In this document: positions 47,125 to 61,540 of the stretch, piece after piece
Layout of the letters: every line of letters begins with the position of its first letter
How positions within the stretch are numbered: position 1 is the stretch's first letter
Assembly: GCA_039096225.1 (NCBI GenBank)
Contig: JBBPEB010000031.1
Span: 50,927 to 114,926 of the forward strand
DNA from: Blastocystis sp. Blastoise
Lineage: Eukaryota > Protista > Bigyra: Opalinata
DNA length: 64,000 nt
Reading direction: 5' to 3'
Notes under the pieces: generated by a model
Seen by the model: the letters and a program-made list of their open reading frames with translations, nothing else
What the model was told of the DNA's origin: nothing
Databases searched by the model: none
Made by a program: the position numbers and the translations under genes

Positions 47125-48909
47125 CTATCGTAAAAGAATAATAAAGACTACTGCCTTTCTATTGGCTCAAGTAATAGTAAACCAATAGAATCACTGCGCA
47201 AAGTTAACGGAAAAATGTTGAAACACACCGATAATCAGTTTCTGGAACAAACCCGGAATTTTTTTTTTGCTGCTTTATCCTATACAAAATATGAAGAATC
47301 TGGGAAAAGCCAGAAGATTGTTTTCGTTTAGTAATAAAAAATGATATTCAAAAATAAAATGGCAAATCATTTTCTAAAACGAGCCAGATACTTATTTTAT
47401 ATACCAAGTTTCTGGGAACTACCGATAAATATATATACTAGACGTATACCTTTATTTACTATAACAACCCAACTGTTTTAGCTGCCAGATATTTTGCATA
47501 TCGTGGATATAAAAAATTATCTATCTATTCATCGAATGGAAACAAAAATGTCAGTGACTATGTCTATTAAGACTCTAATGTTAAGTCAAAAAGTATCAGT
47601 AAAACACTCTTTAGTTATGTAAAATCATATTCTAAGCAATACTGAAAACAGACTTTAATTCAACTGACAAAAAGTGTCTAATACTCATTTTATTTTATAT
47701 CATTTATTAGGAAGCATTTAGTGTGCATTCACAAAAATTCAATTATTGCAAAATAACAACTAATCGTAACAAAAACATTTCCAATGTCTATAGACAACAT
47801 ATATATATCATAATATGTGAATGTATATGAAATTTAAATATCATTTATATATAATAAAGTTAAGTTTTAAGCATTTCTTTTTAAAAACATCAAAAATCAA
47901 ATAACAGCATAAATTTCCATAGTAAATTTAATTGTTTTCTTGTATGTGAAGACTTAATATTATAATTTATGAAAATTTATATTTTGTTAGTCTTAAGATA
48001 TTACATATACAATTATAAGTCTATGGATACTATTTGATGCTATTTTAAGAATATATATTCATTACATTTTTTTAGTTGATCATTATTTGATTTTTAATAC
48101 TTGCTATTGGATAAATGAATATATTGAAAACACAATAAACTACTATATATATCAATTACTCTTAAGAATAACATCTCTTTTTTGTATAATCAAGATAAAA
48201 AAACGCATAACACTCTTTCTCATAGTCTATTATAGATACCAACACAATAAAAACTATTGTTGACGCTTTCATGTATAGTTTAAATTTCTTTTTTTTTTCT
48301 AATTCCGCAATAACAAAACTAAATGAACTTTAAATCTTTCTGGAGAGCTAAATATTCATGTCAAATTCTATATTGTTGACAATACGTCATGTATAAATTT
48401 TGTTTTGTTTCTCAATTATTATGTGCTATTGTTATTTAAAATATCACTTTTAGGATTTTTCTATTTCTTCTTATTCTAAATTCTTTATGAGTGGCAATTT
48501 CTTTTAATTAATCAGATTATTTGTTTGATAGGAAAACAATTTTCTTTTCTATATATAACTTGACATGAAACCTATCTCTTCATATTTATTATAGATCTCT
48601 TTGAAAAGAATATGAATAATCAGTTACATCTTAACTGACATTACCTATTTGAAATGGAATACCATTAAACGTTTTCCTAAGTTAACAATGAAACAATTCT
48701 TCAGTATTTTTGATTAATCTAGAATGTCATTGTATTGGCTCTTGAAGAATATTATCCAATAAAAAAGTATCATTTTATTGTCGTCTTTGCTTTTCAGTTT
48801 GTCATTCAAATGATCAAGCATGCATCATGAACTCCGTTTTGTTTAAACACAATCCAAAAAGAATACAAAAATAATTTGTTTTTGTTTGTAAAGAAAAAGT
48901 CATTTAATA

Positions 48910-49528
48910 ATGAAAAGTTCTTTATTTTGTTTATGTTTAGTATTTGTTGTTCTTGTTTCTGCCCATCGTGGACCTCAACCTGAAGGAGAATTACCTAATT
49001 ATGGTCAACGTTTTGCTAATCTTCGTCAATCTAGATATACATTACCTTCTACTGAGATGAATTCTTTTGTTATCTATCCTACTACTTATGGTGCTGATCC
49101 TACTGCTACTGTAGATAGTTCTGATGCCTTTGATTTAGCTGTAAAAGAATTACTTTCTCGTTGTGGAAATTATTCTATGGCTGATAGTATTAAGGATTGT
49201 GGTGGTGCTACTATTGATTTAGCTGGAGGTCAATATTTACTTTCTCGTCCTATAAAATTCCCTCAAATGTATGGTAATTTCAAGATGACTTCTGGTACTC
49301 TTCGTGCTGCTGATAACTTTGCTAAAGGACATTATTTAGTTGAAGTTGGTGCTAAAGAGTGTGGTAATAAACAACAATCTTGTAATGAACATGTTGGCTT
49401 TAGTCATATGGATTTTGATGCTAGTGTTGTAGCTGATGGTGGTTTATATATTGGTGCTACTATGGGATGCAATGTTGGTCCTTTTGTATTCTTTGTTGGT
49501 TATACTTATGCTGGTGTTTACATTGAAG
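48910..49528 (+). pseudogene. Secreted QRT3-like polygalacturonase / Pectate_lyase_3 beta-helix gene, 5' half, interrupted by a CACTA-type insertion
   Basis: Signal peptide; YGADPTATVDSSDAF; GGATIDLAGGQYLLSRPIKFP; GTLRAADNF. These match the plant QRT3 pattern. Similarity and codon style stop abruptly at GVYIE, just before the expected GHE motif. Confidence 0.8.
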
Positions 49529-50614
49529 CACTGGTAGGCACTTTTGAGTTTTTGAAAGTTTTTGATTGGCTGATTTTCGTTCAAGACTCATTCAGCCAAT
49601 AAGAATTCAATAAAAAAAAGACTTAGGCAAAAAAATGAAAATTTTCACAAAAATTTTAAGACGACTTTTGATTTAGACTCAAAGACCCTATTTGACATAT
49701 TTTAACAAAGAATTGACATTAATTTTTGTTTATTGAGGGTCGCACAATATCAAAAATACTTTTCTTTTATTTTAAGTCGTAATTCCGACAAATAATGGGG
49801 TCAATATTTTAAAACCTCTTGTTGTTCTGTTTAAAGTTTAGACCCTCTGAAAGTCACAAGTATGTGTAAAAGTGAATAAAAAGACCTCTATGGGTCAAAA
49901 CCAAAATTCAGCCAAAAAGTCAAAAATTTATATTTTTTTTACACTGAAAAATTGAGCCGAGCCTATTTGTATCATGGGCAATCAGACCAGAGTTTTCAAT
50001 TTTTAAAATATTTACGGGAATAACTTTCTTGTTCAAAACTGAGTCTATTTATATTTTATTATATATAAGAGGACACAAGTGTTTTAAAAAAGGTTTTTCA
50101 TTAAATTTTATTATGACTCAAAGTTCCGCATACAAAAAGTATGTCAAAGCTTATAAATAAAGAGTTTTTTTTCAGAATCAACTAAAAGTCTTTTTTTAAG
50201 TCATTTTTAGAGTTAATTCATCAACGAATGGACGTTTTAAGTTATAATTAATAGTTTTTGGACGAGTTAGTGAACAGATCAGAGAGTCAACAAAAATGAG
50301 TTATTTTTTTAAAGGTTAAAAGTGTGGGATGCAGTAGTATTGTATAGATGGTGTAGTGTGAAACGTGTCATAACTTATAAATATGATAGTGAGTCATAAA
50401 AAATTTAAAAAATTAAAGAAAGGTATTTTCATGAAAAATTTTGTATTTCACTTGAACATTTGAATTTATTAGTGAATTTATAATTATTTTTATTTTATTG
50501 TCTCTAAGAGGAATTAGAGCCTCTCACAGTGTTTATGTATGTTTAGAAGACAAGAATGTATTGTGTCAGTATTTATTTATTAAATATTTTATATTTATTT
50601 TCATAATTCTTTTA

Positions 50615-51012
50615 GGTTTTCCATTCTGGAGTCCCTCTTCGTATCAGACTGTCTCCTTGGTCAACCTCAAAAATTTAATCAACAGAGTTGCTGCTACTTT
50701 TGTTTAACAAGGTATTTTTTTACATTTTGTTTTTAATTCTTTTAGATTATTTCCTTGTTCTTATTCCAACGCTTTCAAGAAACAACTTGCCATGCTATAA
50801 AAAGTATATAAATGTATTATTTGTTTTTCTATTCATTACTTTTTTTTTCAATTACTAAATATAAATATGTTTTTAATATTGGCTTATTTTAAATTGTATA
50901 CAATTTATATTAATTATAATTTATATTATATAGAATGATAGGTTTTGTTGTCTATTCATACATCAAATTGTTAGTTAAGTCCTGTTAAAGATTAAACGGT
51001 ATATAGATAGAA

Positions 51013-51069
<57 letters not shown>

Positions 51070-52882
51070 TGATTATTTATACGGGTATTCTTAAAAAAAT
51101 TAATAAATTACCCTAAAATTATTAATAATTTTTTTATTTTCTAAAAATATTTTATATATAGATCTAAAAGAGATAGTTCTAGACTAAATAATCTACATAT
51201 AAATTCTAATAAAATAAATAAAATTGATATAAATGGATCAGCTATAAATAATATGAATAAAGATAAAAATAATAAAGAAACAGATGAATCTTATCTATTT
51301 ATTAAAGATTATTCTATATCTACAGATTATAATAATATGCGTTCAAATAAACATCGTAAAGAATCAAATGTTTCTAATTCTTCATCTTCTTCATCTCAAG
51401 ATAAAAATATAAATAATTCAAAAGATATATCAAATAATAAGAATAACTCTGCTGTTAAAGGTAATAATATTCATGATTCTTCTAAGAATATTATAAATGA
51501 CATGAATTATATGAATAATAGAAATCATAGTATTGATTATTCAAATATAAATAATATACAAGAAAAAGAAAGAAAAGAAGAAAAAATTGAAAATCATAAA
51601 GGAAAAGAAACATGAGAAGAAAGAAAAGAAGAAGAAGAAGAAGAAGAAGAAATAAAAGAAAGAGAAGAAGAAGAAGAAGAAATAAAAGAAAGAGAAGAAG
51701 AAGAAGAAAAAGAAGATAATGATAATGATGATGATACTACAAGTATAATAACAGATACCGATAGAGTATCTAATCCTATTATTCGTGGCCGTGGTCGTGG
51801 ACGTGGTAAATTACGATCTCATGGTAGAGGAAGAGGAAGAGGAAGAGGAAGAGGTTCATTCTATCATTATGATGATAGTGATAATCAAAGTGAAAATGAA
51901 AATGATGAAACATTTGAAATAGATAATGATAAAAATGATAAAAAAAAATTATCATTCTATTTCACATCATAATTATGATCCTACTTATAATATAGATGGA
52001 AATGATTTAGATAAATATAAACGTAAAGGTATGAATATGAAATTAAAAAAGAATAAAAGTCGTAATAATGATGATGATAGTTCTGATGATTATGTGAAAC
52101 ACAGAAGGAATAGTATTTCTAAAGAATCTTTAAAAAGAAAATCAAGTATTAAAAGTGATGATTCTTCTATAAGTAAATCTAAAGAAGATAGTATAAAGAG
52201 TTCTACTATCAATAATTCTATAAAGAATAATTCTATTCATATTAATAAACCATTATCTTCAATAGATGGTAAAACATTATTAGATTTAGAAAAATCTACT
52301 CATAAAAATTCACGATTATTTGAAGAATATCATTCTATGGATTTATCAAATGAAACTAATAGTAATATTAATAATAATAATAATGTAAATAATAATAATA
52401 ATTCAAATAATAATAATCAAAACTCACCAACAGATACAGTATCAACAAATTCCCGTGGAAATAATTCATCAAATAATCATGCTAATGATAAATCTACTAC
52501 TACTACTAATAATAATAATAATACTAATGCTTCTAAAGATATTCCTAATGATAAATTTATTGATAAATCAGGTATATTAAATGATACAAAGAATGATCAT
52601 GAATCTGAAATGGATATAGAAAAAGAAGAACGAAAACAATTACCTTATATTAATCCACCTCCAAGAACATGTATATTAAATAATACATATATAGAAGAAT
52701 GTGCATTATGTTTAAAAGAATATAAATATAAAGATCAAAATGAAAAAGAATTATATAAATCCAATCATAATCATGAAGAAGAAATACACATAAATATAGA
52801 TATAAATGTAGATATGAATAATATTAGAGATATAACGATCCAAATTCAAGATAATTCAGTAAAGAATTCAATGAGAATTTAA
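50615..52882 (+). pseudogene. Low-complexity Asn/Glu/RG-rich gene inside the CACTA element, disrupted
   Basis: The reading frame continues past TGA 51613-51615 into EEEEE and RGRGRG tracts, then shifts frame in the A-run at ~51940 into ORF 51926-52882. Small upstream exons are flanked by AG/GT. Confidence 0.55.
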
Positions 52883-55800
52883 AATACTCTATATCGTTTT
52901 TTTAATTTTTGTCTTCATCTCATTCTATATATCATGTTATTAAGAAACATATTTATTATCAAAACACAACTATTGGATGTTCAAATCTATATTGATAAAT
53001 TTATTCAATAGAAGTCCTTTCTTTAAGTCCATACTAATGAAATTTGATCAACACGATTTGAAATTCATTAATATAAATATATCCATGATGACGCATTACT
53101 TTTTTGTTTATGAACATGAAAAGGGAAATGTGAATGAATATAATTATTTAATCATTAATTACTTTGATAATATACATACAAATATTTCGATATCTATATA
53201 AATACTTTCATTCATCTACTCTTATAAATAATTCGTGAACAATGTGTTTTCTTCAATATACAATATATTTCCTTCTTATTATTCTACTTCTAATACTACT
53301 AACATTAATATTATTATTATTATTATATACTATTATTATACTTTTCTTTTATTATTCTTTTAATACTATTCTTTCTACTATGAATTTCTTATAAAGCTAA
53401 GCATATTTAAATTATGGTTACTTTTCTATAATGATAATAATGATTCATTTAATATTACTACTAAAACTTTTATTGTTTGTGTTATATACTGACACTACTA
53501 TTCTACCTTCTTCTTTATACTAGTAATTATATTCTTATAAAATTTCAATCTATCCTGTTATTATTTTTTTATACTATCCAAAAAATACTTTTAAAATTCG
53601 TATATTATTACTATATTGTTATATATAAATTTGTTGTATTATTATTCCTATAATATTATTGATAATAATTATTTCTGCTTCTACTATTTTTATCTCTTAC
53701 TATGTTATTAGTTGGGTTATAACTATTTCTGCTTGTATTTCATTAATTATATCACTATTACAATTATTGCAAAGCTATTATTCTTACTGGCTCATTATTT
53801 GTCTATTATTCTTCTAAAATAAAAATTATTACTATTCATATGATTCATTTATATGATACTATTACTTCTATTATACTCCTATCTACTATGACTACTGTTT
53901 CTACTTTTAGTAATTTTATTTCCATGCTATTATCGTTGTTTATGTAACTATTGGTAGTACTATTACATACTACAAATATTTAACACTATTACTACCATTC
54001 CTATATTTTAATAGCACTTATTATTACTATTATTACAATAAGTATATAAAATATTATGGTTAAAATGTATAGAAAAAGCAAAAAGCAAAATATTTTCTGG
54101 ATAGAATATTATTAGTAATAACAATATAATTAATACAATGTTTAATTTTTTATAATATTTAAAATATCAAATAGTATACGTGAAATATTTGATCGAAATA
54201 AGATTATAAACTACCTTAGATATAAGTATAGTGACATAATTAATGGCTTATTATTAATATAAAATAATATATGAGAATATGAAGTATAAAGTAATTATTG
54301 CAATCATTATTTAATATAATATTATTTCCATTGAAGAGTTATTATAAAATAAGATATGCAAAGATAACGAGTTTTATAAAACACGAATATAATACTATCA
54401 TAGTTTATTATCTCTTATTGAAGGAGAGCAAATATTATTTAATATAATTAATAATGAAAGCATACTAATCTAATTTAAAATTCCAGATTATTTAATGGTT
54501 TCTCTTCATTTTTTAATGAAATAATTATGCAGATTCTTATTATTATTAGCATTATAAATCTTGCTATTACATGTTATATAATAATTTTTAATATAAATTT
54601 TTCTAGAACTTTAACTTAATATATCAGAAAATATAAAAAGAAATATCATGGGATATATATATAAATAATATATGATACGATTTTAATCGTTATGAAGCAT
54701 ACACTAAGTTCCAATTATGTATTGTTCATTATAAGCAATTCATATAATACATGATATTTTATTTGTACTACTACATTTGTTTTTATATTGTTATATAAAG
54801 TATTATTTTAATATTACTACATATTATGTAGCATTACAATATAAAATTATTAATATTTATGTTATAATAATTTATGCCTTTAGTTATGTTTGATATTCAA
54901 AGTATTTTACTGGTCTTAATAAGTATTTAACATATTTAAATGCATATTTATATTTTATGTATAATGGGTTATTATTATATCATTATATGGATTCCTATAA
55001 AGTAATTAATACTTTATTAGATATACAAATGAGACTATTCTCTATATTTTTTTGAACAATATGTTATCTTCATATTACCTTTCTCATTTTGTATTAACCA
55101 CTTTATTGATCTTTTAACAATTATTAGTGTTATCTCAAACTATCTATTAGTAATTAGTTGTTACTAATACTTATTTCTAATTTGAGCACTCAACTATTCC
55201 TATTGAATATCTGCTATAATGCAATTATTGATGATGTCTGCATTATTGAAGATCATTCATTTTGTTTGTAAACTATTATTAGTATAGAAATTCATTAATA
55301 GTATAAAATAAATATTTAATATTTCAAATGATATAATGAATTGAATAAAGATTTCTATTATATGTATACTATGTCCATACATACTATGAATAATGATACT
55401 TATATTTCAGTATATTTAATATTCAAGAATTATCTATAACAATTATCAATCCTCTATTAATCTTATCCTTCAATTGATAATGTTTTATATTCGTATTATT
55501 CCTATAAACTATTATTCTTATGGTACTACTAATTATAGTGTTATGATTTATATTTTTTTTTGTATCATTATATATATGCTGTGTCATTTTTATTATGAAT
55601 CGATGATTAATTTAGAACCATTTATACTTATTTATTATATCTAATATTGTATTTACTTCTATATCTGCATTTTTTTATTCTTATTATTTTATTTTATCGT
55701 TATATACTAATGTTATTCATACTATAACTATGTTCCATCAAATTTAATAGGAATTATCATAGTCACGTCAACTTAATGTCCTACTTATTACTACCACTTC

Positions 55801-57193
55801 TATGTCAATACTTATAACTAGAACTAATTCTATACAATAATCAATACTATATTTAAAATGCATATAATTGAACAACTACTTCGTAATAATGTGAATATAG
55901 TTATTTATATGGACAATAATAACTCCCTTGATCCTAAATGTATTGTATTTAAAGTAATAATTTTGCATCAAATTGATATTAAATCTATCTATCTATCTAT
56001 CTATTTGTTCATAAAATTTTTAGTTATAATAATAACTATCTTAATAATGATAATAGAATAACGTTAATCCTTATAGGAAACTATTAACGAAATCGAATAA
56101 ATTATTCTTCTAACTATACTTCCTACATCGACATATTTCTACAAACTAGTCTTCATCTTATGTATAGCTATTTTTTTTTATAAATTATGCATTTTGCTCT
56201 AAACAGTAGATGAGGTAAAGATCTAATAGTAATATTCATTTAATTTATTATCAAATAATGTTATTTGAAGAATTTGCATACTATTCATAATAGAATACAT
56301 TTCTCCTAAATTATTCATTCTAACAAAACTCCTGATGATTATATATAATCACTTTTGTAAGACCTTAAAAATATATTAACTGATATGATTATTTTTTTTT
56401 AAATATTATTTAAATATAGCTAAATAAATGTAATAAACATTTCCCATTTAAATTGCTATTTCACATAATGAAAGAAATTTATATTGCGTTTATTCTTCTA
56501 AATAATCTTCTCTTTCTGTCATATTTTATTACTATATTTTAAATCATTACGTCCTATTATATTTAATTGGCATGTATTTATTGCCACAACTCTTGTATTA
56601 CTACAATATAACTTGATTCTTTATACATTATTCCAACAATAATACTTTATTTATTCACTTTATATGTATACCTAGCATTAATGAGAATAGTTCAAATATA
56701 TTATCTCATTTTATCTGATTGTTTTATGTAGTAATAGTTCATTATTTAATTTAATATTGATGAATACAAAGAATATTGATATTATTTGAAATACAAAATG
56801 AAATTATTACATAACTTTAGTTAAAATACGTTAAATATATTATAAGAATATAAAAGAAATGGATATTAGATACATATTACAAGAATGTAAAAGATAAAAT
56901 CATGCATAACATAAAAAAATATATATATATATATATGAAATTTAAATGATTTATAATATGAAAACATAAAAGAAAATGATATTATATATAATATAATAAA
57001 ATTATTAGTATTTATAATATAAAAAAGTAAAGGTTATTGTTATTCATATATTGGCTATCGCAATTATATTGAAATTTTATTACGAGTCATAAATACAGTA
57101 TTTGTGATAACTGTATTAGAAGTCACAACCCTTTTATTATTTCCTTCTTCTCCTTCCTTTTCCTATATACGTAAATAATTGTTATATTAAAGA

Positions 57194-57253
<60 letters not shown>

Positions 57254-58859
57254 TTTCTGGAACATATGAGTCATCAACTTTTGTTTGCCTATATTCATGA
57301 ATATCTGCAATAATCAAATTATCTGGTTCAATATTACATATAGATATAAATTTTGGAAAATCTCGTTTTCTTTTTGATAAAATTTCATTTGAATCATTAA
57401 TAATATAGAATAATCCTGTATTAGATATTCGTACTTCTGGATATTCATATTGTTTTATTATTACCAACGATCCTATTTGAATGTAGCAAAGTGATTTAAT
57501 TAAATGTACCTTTCTTTCTCTTCCTTGATCATGTGTAAAATACATTATGTATGAGTTATCAGTGGTTTCAATCCCTTCATCTATATCTGAACAAGTAAAT
57601 ATAACTGAATCGTTTATTAATACTTCTGAATAAAATGTCATAGTTATTCTTCTTAAATTATTAATTATAATATTACATATGTTTGAATCAGTTAGAATAT
57701 CATAAGGAACAATATCATTTTTATTTACATTATGGAACAGTATTTCTTTGAGTGACTCATCATTTGATGCTAGAATTATGTTTATTATTTCTTTCATGTC
57801 ATTATCAGATAAGTCAATTCTTTCTGATCCTCGAATTCCTTTAACGGTACTAATTTTGTTTCTATTAACTATAATGGTATTGTAACTTTCACATATTAAT
57901 TCCTTATTTGATATATCATCGTTAATAATAGATTCCTCTTCATTATATAGTTCTTTATTAATCTCTAGTTGCGTTTCATCAGTTATATCATCACTTATAT
58001 TAGTTGTTGTATTCATATCTGCTACTTCTCTTTCTATAATACGTCTAATAGACGATTCATTAAAATTCTTTCTTCCAAAAGAAATTCTTTTAAGAAAAGA
58101 ATAAAACCTTTCTGATTGATAGGTAGATCCAGAGAAGATAGAACCAGAGTTTATTATTGAATAGTAAAGATGTTGTACAAGATGAATTTGAGTATTTAGA
58201 AGCTCCTTTGGTATCAAAAGCTCACACAAAAAGCAAAATATATTACATTGATCTCTAAACACTTCCAATAAATGTTTTGATGTATTACCATGATATAGGT
58301 ATACTTGACGTATTATTGTAGCTAAAGGGTCAATAAGTACAACAAGTGGTGAATCACTGGAATTAAAATCTAAAGTTATTAATGGAAGAATACAAGAAGT
58401 GAAGAAAATCCTTGTGTGAGAGGACATGTTCCAAAATTTTTTTTCATTTAGAATATACCTAAACTCATATTCATTATCATTATATAGTGTATTAATGGCT
58501 AAAATCCTGGAGTTAAGAATTGATATATTTTCATCTTTTAAACAAAATGTACTAAGAATTGATTCAGTGTTTAATGCTTTATTTTTAGATATCTTAGAAG
58601 TATAATCAGCTACATTGTAATGAAATAATAAATTTAAAATTAGAGTACAAATATTATTGAATAGATGCATGGGATCTAGTAAATAACTAGTAGATGCATC
58701 AAAGTATGCCAATGATTCGAAGATACCAGGATTATGTTTAATACCTAAGAAAGATCCATTTTCAGATGAATTGCATCTATTCATATTTATTGTTTCTTGT
58801 GTTCTCTGTGAATATTCCTTTTCTTCAAAAGCATCATAGTATATACATTCATTAGGAAA

Positions 58860-61540
58860 TCATTACTATATATATGAGAATAGGCAAAAAAATTCCCATT
58901 GGTCAGTTTTTGGAAAATGCATTTGATTGGCTACTATATACTATAGTTTGTCGCCGCAACTCCTCTAAACTTACGGGGAGTTAACTTTTGAGTGAAACAC
59001 AGTTCAATAGGATATAACATGTAGTTGTGCACCATATATTTGGTTAAGCGATATAATTAATAATTAAAAAGATATTAATAAAAGAACAGAAAACATGATT
59101 TTTGAGTCGTTTTTGATTGGCTCTTTGGGGTGACCCCGATAAAAATTGTTGACCAGACAATTGGAAAATAAACATGGGGTAAACTTGATTTTTTCTCAAT
59201 CCCACAATATACGTTATCCGTGTTTATTCTTTATATTTATCTATTTTTTAATACTTTTTCATATTGAACACGTGAGGCCTTAACGGTCAAATTTAGATTC
59301 TTATTTTGACATGATATTCTGATTCAGGAGGTCGAAAAACCTAGGTGTACCAATTTTGAGTTCCTGAGGACGATTTTTGAGTGATCGATATTTTCTTCGA
59401 TCTTCTTATAATGGACTAATATTGTATAATGGTAATCAATAGGTCCTCAAACTACTATAGTTAAAACAAGGTCTTAAAATAATGAGTTTGAGTGTCACAA
59501 TTTTGAAAAATGTGAATTAAGTGGTCTTAGAGGATAAGATTCAATATAATGACTTTTGTTTAGTAAACTAGAGATAATACTCTATTCTATGTTAAAAGGA
59601 GAGTCAAAATTATGATGGTCAAAGTGTATCACCAAATGACAAAATGTGTCTTAAAAAGTAAAAGTGTTTGCATATGTGTATAGAATCATGTATTAAGTAT
59701 ATTCTATGAATAAGAACTTTAAATAAATAGTTTAAGGTTGCCAAATTTAAATAAATGTGTAAAACATAGTCTTAAACTATGAATAAAAAATTTATAGATT
59801 TTAATTAGTGTACAGCTGTAGTAGCTCTACAACATATCAAAAGTGCAAAGAAAATAATTTTTAGAGAGTGGATGTGTGAGGTGTTGTGAGAGTTATTAAA
59901 AATTTATTTTTACTTCAGTTTATTTAAAATCGTGAATTTCGTGCACTGTAGAAAAATTGAGTCAAAAAATCAACTCTAAGGGTCTTAAATTTAAAAAAAT
60001 GTAAAAATGAGTGACTTAGAGGACGAGATTCAAAATAAGAGTGTTTATTCATTAAACTAGAGTGTATGAGCTATATTATGTTAAAAGAAGGGACGAAAAT
60101 GTTTTGATCAAAGTGTATGACCAAATGGTAAAGTGTCCTTAAAAAGTCTAAAGTGTTGACTAATGTGCTTATAGAGTCATATAAAGTCTACTATGTAAAT
60201 ATTAGCTTTTAAAAATATGTTTAAGCCTTTCAATTAGTAAAAATATGTTCAAAGAGAGTCATAAAATGAGAGTTTTAAGAAACGAGATATTGTTCAGTAT
60301 ACACTAAGAGACACTCTACAACATATCAAAAATATAGCAAAAACTATTTTTAGAGACTGGATGTGTGAAGGGTTGTGAGAGTTATTGAAAAAATATTTTT
60401 ACTTCAGTTTATCCAAAATCGTGTTTTTGGAACACTGTAGAAAAATTAACTTCAAAAATCAACTCTAAGGGTCTTAATTTTAAAAAATGTGAAAATGATT
60501 GACTTAGAGGACGAGATTCAAAATTCCCCATCGCTTTCATATAATTAGACAACACACTCTATATTATGTCAAAAGGAGGGATGAAAATATTTTGGTCGAA
60601 GTAAATGAGCAAATGCAAAAGGTTTACAAAATGTTTTAAAGTGATCACCAATGTGTAGCTATGGTCATATTAAGTAAAGTGTGTAAATATTAGCATTTAA
60701 AAATGAGTTTAAGTGTGTCAACTTTTCATAATGTGTCAAAAAGGGTCTTTAAGAAAGAGATTCAAAACATTTACTTTTATTTAATAAATAGTATGATAAA
60801 CTCTATATTATATCAAAAGACTGACGGAAACTGTTTTGATACAGTGGATCTTGAATGGGTAAAGTCTATTTAAAAGTTACTATTTTGAGTTATTTATGTT
60901 AAAATCATTATTTGAGACGAATATAAAAATATTAACTTTTTAAATAATGTTTTAGTTGTCAAAGTTAGAATGAATGCTGACTTTGTTATGATTAAAGCTT
61001 TCTAATTCTTTTAAAAAGTATTAAAATGAGTTAAAATTATTATATTATGCTTATTTAAATGAATTTTATGAATTAAAAATACTTTACACTACTTCACATT
61101 GGTACTCATTTCTAAAGTTATTGACTTTAAAAACTCAAAGAATGTTTTAAACAGTTGTTTAATTATTACTAAATACAAAATATATTTTAAAAATAAATTG
61201 TTGTGAAAAAATTGACTTAGAAAGTGATTTTAATTAAACAATAATTTTTTCTCTTTTTTAATTTCTTATTTAAAAAGTCTAAAATAATCTTATATCAGGA
61301 ATTGAACCTGATTACAATCATAAAATAATTGTAACTCTCCATATAGAGTATAAGAAATTAATATTTAATAAATAATAAATAATATATATAATATATAATA
61401 TATAATATATAATAAATGACTCATATTAAAAACTATATATATATAATATATAAGATAAAAGATAATAAATATTTTTTATATACTCTTTATGCAGCCGCGG
61501 TCCGGGGCCGTTAGGCACTGGACCTGCGGCGTGACCCTAG
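58860..61540 (+). mobile_element. Non-autonomous Helitron, 2681 bp
   Basis: A|TCATTAC...hairpin-CGTGACCCTAG|T with no TSD. Its removal restores the transposase frame. Confidence 0.97.
61288..61355 (-). ncRNA. tRNA-like four-way junction, type A
   Basis: Reverse complement of 27819-27886. Confidence 0.65.

Noticed and set aside
52900-57050. Coding content in the CACTA interior
   Set aside because: Only short stop-riddled frames with no recognisable motif.
61511-61540. C-terminus LGSRRRSSA of ORF 61511-62326
   Set aside because: Read-through into the Helitron 3' hairpin, not part of the transposase.
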